NCBI RefSeq assembly: GCF_006345805.1
Contig: NC_043006.1
Span: 7,254,001 to 7,318,000, forward strand
Direction: 5' to 3'
Length of the DNA stretch: 64,000 bases
DNA from: Octopus sinensis
Lineage: Eukaryota
The translations under genes were made by a program, and so were the position numbers. Positions within the stretch are counted from its first letter, which is position 1. Each line of letters starts with the position of its first letter. Positions 54,712-64,000 of this stretch are shown in pieces. A model generated the notes under the pieces. The model was not told the origin of the DNA, made no database searches, and saw nothing but the letters and a program-made list of their open reading frames with translations.

Positions 54712-54722
54712 TTTTATTATTA
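54538..54722. repeat. Compound trinucleotide array (ATT)n-(GTT)n-(ATC)n-(ATT)n
   Basis: Direct reading. Confidence 0.95.
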
Positions 54723-56219
54723 TTCTTGATATGAATAATAATTAACAATAATTTTCATGGCTGAAGAGAAATATGTCAAATACTAGTATCTGTCTGTCCG
54801 TCTGTTTTTATTAGCGTACATGATTTTGTATATACGTTTATGTATACAGAAATATGTATATACATACATTCATACACACACACATGTATATGTATATACG
54901 TAGATACATACTTACGTACATACATGTATTTATGCTTATATGCTTATACGTCTATGTATGTACGCATGCGTATTTGGATGTACATATGCATTTATGTATG
55001 CGTACATGCTTGTATATATTTAATTATATATGTAAGTATGTATGTATGTATGTATGTATGTATGTACGTATTTATGTATGATGTGTGCATATATTTATAT
55101 ATGTTTGTTATAGTAAATGTATTTTTGTCCAATAGCTGAATCGCTCCCCCGCTTTTCCCCCAAAGATCTGTAATTCGATCCGAACTCCAAGATATTTTCG
55201 CTATTTTTGCACTTGAATACTTGCTAACAAATATTTACTGTTTAATATTATGCATTTCAAAATGGCCGTGTACTTTCAGAATTGTTATTACGTCATATAT
55301 ACTGGTGGCATTATTTAGTTGTGTTCATATATTTCCTGACTTGAAATCCCACCGCGGCCAACATCGGGATTTTATTTTTGAGAAAATATAAAATTAACTT
55401 CTAATTTCAATATAATTTTCAATTCCCCTTTTACCAAATAGGTTCTCCAGTATTTAATTTAAAGGGAATACTCAACTTTAAATTTTAAAAATGGAAGAGG
55501 CATTGATATCAACCATAACAGGATGAATATATTGCCCCGTAGCATTTAGTTACGTTCTTTTCCTTTTGAATTATAAGACCTTTACATTGCATTTCATCGT
55601 TTATAAGTGCCAATGAAATACTGGACTCGTTCATATCGATTATAACCGACTCAAGATATGTCTAGCATATTGCATGTGTTAAAAGCCATTACAATGATAT
55701 AAAGTATGGATTTGAATATACAGTGAAATGTGTTGTGTAGCATTGTATTGTGACATACAAACTGACAGCATTGTGTTATGGAATAAAAGTGAAAATATAG
55801 TACACGAAGATATCAGCTCAACAGCTTTTTCGAAAATCTTAAAGGTAGCTGAATAAAATATAGGTATCTAGACATTAACAGGCTTTATTGTAATGTACTG
55901 ATTTATTCATGGTGAGTATTTGCGAGTAAGAATAAGATATATTGTTCGGTAGATCGGAGGAAACAAGGAAGAGGTCGAAAATGCTCACATTCATACACAC
56001 GGTTTATTTATCGGGAACAGCAAAAGCTTTTAAAGCTTCAGTACAGTCACGACTGTGTTTTTATCTCAGTTTGAAAACGATTCTGTAGATAGTGATGATA
56101 CTCATATTTTATATTTACACGTTGTGTCTTAACGTAAAACGTACACGATTTTAGGATAGTGAATAAACTACTGTGCACGCATATATATACGCATACAGTC
56201 TCTCTCACACACGCGAACA

Positions 56220-56232
56220 TACACAAACATTT

Positions 56233-56322
<90 letters not shown>

Positions 56323-56744
56323 TTACATACATACAAACGTGCATATATATATATGTATATACATATATATACATATATATATACATACATACAAAAGTGT
56401 ATATATATGTATGTATATATATATATATATATGAATATATATGTATATAAATATATATATATGTATATATATATACATATATATATATGTAAATATATAT
56501 GTATATATACATGCATACTGACATATATATATATATATATATAAAGAGCATTAATACTCATGAGAGATAATAAACTAAGAGGCTGCAAGCTTGTAACCGT
56601 ATAGGCAACATTAATAGATATATATATATATGAATTATATATAACAATGGCCCTATGAAGCAGCAGATTTGCTAAAAATAGGAGAATTTTTGAGTCCTAT
56701 TTATAGCAAACCTGGTGCTCCATAGCGCTCTTGTATATATAAAT

Positions 56745-56787
<43 letters not shown>

Positions 56788-56790
56788 ATG

Positions 56791-56822
<32 letters not shown>

Positions 56823-56890
56823 TGTATGTATGTATGTATATATGTTTGTGTGTGTGTGTGTGTTTGCATGTATTTGTGTGTGTCTATGTA
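56220..56890. repeat. (TA)n/(TATG)n/(GT)n tracts
   Basis: Direct reading; a short unique stretch lies at about 56545-56745. Confidence 0.9.
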
Positions 56891-57325
56891 CGTTTGTATC
56901 TAGGCGTTTCTGTGTATGTATGTATACTTATTGAAGTCTAGAAAGTGATAACAATCTGAGAGCAGGTGTTGAGATTACGGGCAACACATTTGAAAGAAAT
57001 TTTTTTTTTTTTCATCTCAAATCAAACAGGAGCTGAGCAGTTTCATTTTCTATTCTTTATTTGATGAAAGTCAAAAGTTTCGCCGAGTTCCAGAAACGTA
57101 GTTACTCACACTGTTCTCTTATGATACGCTAATGTGTGTGTGTGCGTGCATGTGCGTGTGCTTGTGTGTGTGTGTGTGTGTGTGTGTGTGTCTGTGTGTG
57201 TGTGTGTATTTGCAAGTTTCTGAATTTTGTATGCAAATTTGTTCTCAAGCTGAGTTTGGAAGAAGAGAAAATGCCCATGGCCGTCTTCTGGTGCTCCGAA
57301 CCATGTGAGTTCGATGTCATTAATG

Positions 57326-57725
57326 CTCTTTACACTTTACTCTTTTATTTGTTTCAGTCATTTGACTGCGGCCATGCTGGAGCACCGCCTTTAGTCGAGC
57401 AAATCGACCCCGGCACTTATTCTTTGTAAGCCCAGTACTTATTCTGTCGGTTTCTTTTGCCGAACCGCTAAGTTACAGGGACGTAAACACACCAGCATCG
57501 GTTGTCAAGCAATGCTAGGGGGACAAACACAGACACACAAACATACACACATACATACATATATACGACAGGCTTCTTTCAGTTTCCGTCAACCAAATCC
57601 ACTCACGAGGCTTTGGTCGACCCGAGGCTATAGCAGAAGACACTTGCCCAAGATGCCATGCAGTGGGACTGAACCCGGAACCATGTGGTTGGTTAGCAAG
57701 CTACTTACCACACAGCCACTCCTGC
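57326..57725 (-). mobile_element. SINE group B, near full length
   Basis: Consensus-like copy. Confidence 0.95.
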
Positions 57726-58071
57726 TCTTGCTAATCTTTAAGTAAAACGTTTTTCATCCACAGTTATCCCCTCAGACTACTTCTAGGTTCTTCCCGTAGT
57801 TTTCGGCTGTAGATATAGACGCATGCACGCGCAATGTTGAAATAGGTACACGGATATATTGTGTGCATGCGTGTGTGTGCATGCGTGTGTGTGCTTGTGT
57901 GTGTGTGTGAGTAAGTTTTTATTTTGTTTCAGAGTATATTCCTCTGTGTGTGTGTGTAGCGGTGAGGACATAGGATAAATTTTAGTCATATTTATAAGTT
58001 AATTTATTTACCGACATCTCCCCAATTTACCGAAACCGCTTCTTTAATAATAATAATAATAAACAATCAAT

Positions 58072-58490
58072 AGGCGCAGGAGTGGCTGTGTGGTAAGTAG
58101 CTTGCTAACCAACTACATGGTTCCGGGTTCAGTCTCACTGCGTGGCATCTTGGGCAAATGTCTTCTGCTATAGCCCCGGGCCAACCAAAGCCTTGTGAGT
58201 GGATTTGGTAGGCGGAAATTGAAAGAAGCCTGTCGTATATATGTATATATATATATATATATGTATGCGTGTGTCTGTTTGTGTGTTTGTGTTTGTCCCC
58301 CTAGCATTGCTTGGCAACCGATGCTGGTGTTTTTACGTCCCCGTCACTTAGCGGTTCGGCAAAAGGGACCGATAGAATAAGTACTGGGCTTACAAAGAAT
58401 AAGTTCCGGGGTCGATTTGATCGACTAAAGGCGGTGCTCCAGCATGGCCGCAGTCAAATGACTGAAATAATTAAATGAGTAAAAGAGTAA
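58072..58490 (+). mobile_element. SINE group B, full length
   Basis: Consensus-like copy. Confidence 0.95.
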
Positions 58491-59896
58491 AATCAACATT
58501 TGTCGCTTTTCTCTTTCATCCCTTTCTCTTTATCTGTCACATTTTTCGAAAGCATACCTTATCGTAATAAAATAAGCTACCTGATTTCCCATTACTCATA
58601 AACCCAAAGCAATTCATAATGTAATCGTTTTTTCCGCTGACTTTTCACTCGTTTCGCTTGCTTATTTGGAAGTCACTTTACAGTTTTTAACGTCAATTTA
58701 CTCTCCAAGCACCAGTCTGATATAAATTAAATCGTTCCATTTCATTACAAGAGATTATGCAAAGGAACTATTGTTTTTAGACTACTTGTGGTTATTCGAT
58801 TATAACACGTGCGCTAAATATGTTTAGTGAAAGAAAAGCAATAAAATTCTGACTTAATTCACTTGCAAGACACATATTCAGGCAGTTGTACTTTTAATCG
58901 CTGTAAAGGTATTTATTGTTTCTTTTCTTCTTAACATCATCATTTTTCACTCAGGTATAAGGCCACAAATGAACGTTGGAAGGTAAGTCGATTGTGTAAT
59001 AATGATGCATTTTATGCAAGTAATTACACTCTGTATAGATTGAATTAACTTCTTCGGGGAGCGAATATCTTACTCTATGGCCTGCACAACTTTCGGATTA
59101 TAGATGAGAGGTAAAAACTAAGAATTAGGAATTATGTAGAAGCACACAAGAAATTTAATTATCATAACTATGTTGCTAGAATGTATATCACTTTGCCCGT
59201 AGCTATAAAGTGTCGAGCTATACAACGGTATTAAGCTTATATCTCAACTTGCTAGAAACGTATCACTTCCACCCTTCCTCTACAAGTGGCAAATCAAGTG
59301 TCTGTTATATAAAAGCTAATTCAACCAGCATGCTTAAGAGACCGCATGCCATCACGAATATAGAAGCTTGTGAATATATATAAAGATATTTTAAAATGTC
59401 AGTAAAACTACATGGGTTAACATAGTTCTGCATAAAACCATCAAATAGACTTTATATTGATTTTTCGTTTCACTATCACACAAGGTCATGCATTAATAGG
59501 AAAAGAAACGAAGATCCTCTGATGTCAAGGCATATCTCATAGGCATTCTGTGGAACTGAAATATGATAGCCATATTGAAATAGTGTAACCAATTATTACT
59601 GTAAATATAACATTAAGAAAAAATAGCATCAAATGCTTGGATTCCATTTTTACTTTCACAGATAAAATTTCGGAATGTTTCGTTGGTAAAGAGTCCCAAA
59701 TATTTAGACGGTATTAATATTTCTTATTAACAGTCGGACAATAGACTGGTAGAATTGTCAGACCATTGGCAGAAATAATTTACGCTACAGTTGAAGTCAC
59801 GCCACAATGAATTTTACTTTTCATCCCTCCGGGTTGGATCGGTATTATAGACTTATCTCCTGCACTCAAAAGAGGTGGCCTAGTACCGAAATTACA

Positions 59897-60045
59897 ATTG
59901 TTATTATTGTTAGTATTAATTGTTAGTATTAATTGTTAGTATTATTGTTAGTATTAATTGTTTGTATTATTGTTAGTATTAATTGTTAGTATTAATTGTT
60001 AGTATTATTGTTAGTATTATTGTTAGTATTAATTGTGAGTATTAA
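59897..60045 (+). repeat. 13-14-bp minisatellite (attgttagtatta), about 11 units
   Basis: Direct reading; follows a degenerate SINE-C remnant at about 59740-59895. Confidence 0.85.
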
Positions 60046-60054
60046 TTTTATTAA

Positions 60055-60350
60055 GAGACAGCTGAGTGATCAAGAAGCTCACATTGCGACCACGCGGTTT
60101 CCGGTTTGATTCCAATGTAAGCAAATTTCTCGTACTAAATCCGAACCGACAAACGCGTTGTTAGTGAACATGGTGGACGGAAACTATGTGAAATCACGTT
60201 GTATAAATCTGTGTGTGTGTGTATGTGTGCATGTGTGTGTGCGTGCGTGTGAGTGTGTCAAAATTTTGTATTTGTCACATTCCGCGGCTTAACAGCCATG
60301 TTGCTTTGTTAGCAACCCCGTGAGAACGTTAGAATAAGTACCAAACTATG
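60055..60350 (+). mobile_element. Degenerate SINE group B
   Basis: ggtttccggtttgattcc, ggtggacggaaact, (GT)n and ttagaataagtacc occur in group B order. Confidence 0.65.
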
Positions 60351-60819
60351 CGAAAGCAAATATCGCGGCGATTTCTTTTTCGCCGTAACCACGCATCGGC
60401 AGAGCGCCAGCGAGGCTGCGAAGGGAAATAGATATGAGAAAAATAGCGGCAGAATTAGAAGAGCAGAGGCCAAAACGTTTTGTGCTATTTTGTCTTTATA
60501 TTCTTTGGTGCAATATAACAGGGTCAACTCCAACAGTCATTTCCAGGAGTAGGTGAAATAAGTATTGGATAGAAGGAAGAATCGCAAAAATGAAATTTCA
60601 AAATACAGTGTTCAATGGTGATTTGTTACATTGTAAGTTCAAATGGCGCCAGCGTCGACTTTTGTTTCATCTTTCTACGGAATGTAGGTCGAGTTCATTG
60701 GCTAATAGCTTCGCCCAGATCTTGTAAATGATAATGAATGCAGGGGTAGTAGCACTACTACTGCTGCTGCTGCTACTGCTGCTGTTAATGCCACTGCTTC
60801 TTCTGTTTCTACTACTATT

Positions 60820-61134
60820 TTTTTCGCCCTTTTCAAGCCTAGCCAGGCTCATGGGACCGGTTTCTCGGTTTCTGTGGCGTATGTGTCTCCCCCAGCTGGA
60901 CGTGACGCCAGTCCATCGCAGCGTTACCAAAAAAAAACAGGAAGAGAGAGAGAGGGAGAGAAAGTTGTGGCGAAAGAGTACAACAGAGGTCGCCATCACC
61001 TCCTGCCAGAGCATCGTGGATCTTTTAGGTGTTTTCGCTCAATAAACGCACAGAACGCCCGGTCTGGGAATCGAAACCACGATCCTCCGACCGCAAGTCT
61101 GCTGCCCTAACCACTGGGCCATTGCGCCTCCACA
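60820..61134 (-). mobile_element. SINE group A, tail type 3
   Basis: Group A head and core; tail ...gaaaccgagaaaccggtcccatgagcctggctaggcttgaaaagggcg. TSD ctactactatt at 60809-60819 and 61135-61145. Confidence 0.9.
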
Positions 61135-62612
61135 CTACTACTATTAGTAGTGGCAATTGTTGTTGCAGTAATAACAGTTTTGACGTCTTTTCAAGGAATC
61201 GTTACGTCAGTTTTCTTCCAACGCAACGACGCACTTAAGCCTTATGTGGAAAAAATGATTGTCCAATCCAGACTGATACAAATTATATAAAGCTTTTAAA
61301 TAATTCAAAAACTGTAAATTTATACGACTTATTAGAACGTTGGCACGCTTTTATGTTTTCAGACAAGCATTCTTTGGCATTAATGGTTTCCAAATATTTT
61401 TATCCACTGCATTTGAAATTACTTTGAACTTAGTTATTCACTTTATCAACATACTCGTCAACAGTTTCTTTTTTTATTCTTTAAATGCTCTTAATCTGGT
61501 TATGGCTTTTATAGTAAATAACATTGCAGCTTCCGTTGATATAAATTTTCTTACAACTCTTATTTAGAAAGCTTTGCTTGAAACAGCTCTCCGTATGTCT
61601 CCAAAAAATGTCGTATTAATCCGTTTTGTCACATTTATTGACGCTGGCAACAGAGACTGATCTATAATTTCTTTTTGTATGCGCAGATAAATTAATACTG
61701 GATATATTGTTTGACATCTTACTCTGTACTATTATTCCGAAAGTATTTCTGACGCCTGAGAAATTCAAATTCTTTACATATTCTTCTCACGTTGCTTTAC
61801 TGAACTGTATTCACTGAGCTTAATAAACATTCAAACTCCAGATGTTAGTGATGCCGTTATTTTTTTATATCAGCTGCAAAGCGTTTGTATTTAGTATAAG
61901 TGTTTTGTATTAAATATGTTGTGTTTGATGTATGTACTGTTTGTTGGCTCTGTGAATAATAATTCACGTCATGAAGTTGAGCTGTATCAAATTTGGCTGT
62001 TTTCCAGACGGCCATTATTTGGGAGATCTATTTAATTACTAAACGGCTGTTGTATGCACCGATATGGAGGGAAAGTAACTATCACGGATATAAAATCAGT
62101 CGAAACATTTTACAAATACATCTGTGAAAGGTCAAATCAATTAACCAGTTATAGAAATATGAACATTATTTGATTTAACAATCAATGTTAACTCTTTCTC
62201 TTCAGCAGTCGCAATGTGATCAATGTTAAGAATACTCGTTTCATTTTATTTTCCAAATGCGCTGAAACAATTTCTGTTAAGACGTAAATCACTGAGTTAG
62301 TCTACACCGTAACACGAACAAAATATTTCATGCAGGAAGAATATGTCTAATTAATATTTTCTGAAATTTTACTTATATACAAGACTTCTTTCATGTCCAA
62401 GATGTTATGAAAACAACAATTTTACTGTAACTAATAAAATGCTATTTCATTTTAGTACTATCATTAATATTTTTTTCTGACATATATTAAATGCGAAAGG
62501 TCTTCAGAGGAAAATTTAGTCAGTTAAATAGATAGACAGCTGTATATTAGTGTTACATATTCTATTGCACCAAAAAGAATGAAACTGTTCGATAACAGAA
62601 TGTTAAAGAATA

Positions 62613-62866
62613 CAGTAATCCGTCGACTTTCGCGGTTGTTACGTTCCAAACCCACCCACTCGCGAAAATCCACGAAGTAGAAACAGTACTGTATTGAAAT
62701 TTTTTTTTTTATAATCTGTATATATTTATTTTATTATAAATGCAAAATAACACCACAGAGGATTCGACGTAAGCTTAAATAATAAACCACGATAGATGAA
62801 CAGCGATAGGTTAACCGTGATAAGTTAACCGCGATAGGTTAACCGCGATATGGCAATGGATTACTG
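62613..62866. mobile_element. Tigger/pogo-like MITE
   Basis: TA|CAGTAATCC at the left end and GGATTACTG at the right, with three subterminal 14-bp repeats (gata(g/a)gttaaccgy). Confidence 0.7.
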
Positions 62867-64000
62867 GACAACCAGACACTGCAAAACACAAACAATCTGC
62901 TAAGGCCTGGAACTGATTCAATAAAAACCTTTCAACCACATTTCACTGATGAGACTAATGAACGAGCAATTTTACTACGCAAACGTGAGCTGATGTGATG
63001 AAAGTGTAGCGACTTACCTCGATATTTCTGTACCTCACAATCTATAAATTAAAACTTGGATTTGTAACTAAAACTTATTCTTCCAGAACTAATAAACCAA
63101 TGTGTAATATGGAAATGGTGTGGTAGGAATTATGCATTGTGTGAAAGTCAGACAAAGTTTGTATCTAGTTTTAAGATCGGATTCATACTTATACGTCTTT
63201 AAACGCGCTTTCTCTACCTTCAGCCCGTTAAATATATCCAGTAATATTATTTGGGTTTCCTTACTTTACAACATGAACAATCCATTAAATTAAAGGGAAT
63301 AGGCATTAAATGAAGAGATGTATATCTTCGAATCTAGTAAACAATGTACCTTTAAATAGTTGTTACAATCGTTCCAGGGTTAGACGTATTAAAGACCCAT
63401 TAGTAATGAGTTTTCCAACGCTGAAAGAAATCGAATGCAAAATAAGTGTACGGAAATGATTACCTTTTTTTTCATCTAGGTCCCTCATATATGAGACAAC
63501 GAGAAATTACGAAATGTATATTAACTCCTTCCATCAGTATATTAGCGGAGAAAGCCTTCAGTCAAAACTGAGGTAACACAGACCATGAATTCGGTTCGCT
63601 GCAGTGATCTCCATGAATTTATTCCGGATATCGTTATCGTAAATTAGCGATCTCCAGCAGTTTATCCAATATATTTTTATCGTTCATACAACGATCTCTG
63701 TGGTGGTAATGCGATGATATTCGTGAATTTATCCAATATATTTTTATCGTAATGTTTTCATTAATAGATTTCCCTGTCTGAAAAATTCTCTTCAATGGGA
63801 AAGTCAGTATCTAATTATTATTAACTATTTAATATTCCGTTTATTAATTAACGTAATTAAAACCACAAAGAATTAATTCCATATTTATGCAACGTGAGGA
63901 AAGAATTCCTGAGTATTACCAGGTTACGATAATAAACATATTTCCTGAAGTTGCATGTATAATGTGGTACTTCCTTGTAGTTTTGATTACGCTAGTTATT

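Noticed and set aside
63610-63755. Imperfect repeats of tttatccaatatatttttatcgt
   Set aside because: Two to three irregular degenerate copies with no assignable structure.

Overview
AT-rich eukaryotic DNA packed with microsatellites. Its tRNA-derived SINE families resemble ones I recall from octopus genomes; that assignment is from memory and unverified. I could not support any intact host protein-coding gene, and nearly all listed ORFs are translations of simple repeats or SINEs. The window contains three SINE groups (here called A, B and C, about 25 copies and fragments) and decayed LINE pieces (Tx1/L1 x2, CR1-like, RTE x2, Penelope-like, R4/Dong-like). It also has Tc1/mariner- and Tigger-like MITEs, Helitron-like ends, three long palindromes, and a candidate RFX/NRF1 promoter near 11 kb. 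The most notable observations are: minimal hammerhead-ribozyme-like cores in short Penelope-type repeats (50.8 and 51.6 kb); a Tx1-like LINE sitting inside a (GATA)n array; SINE-C concatemers with a fixed junction; one SINE-A head carrying three different tails; close inverted SINE pairs; and an RTE copy with a twin-priming-like inversion. Coordinates and alignments were read by eye, and no searches were run.
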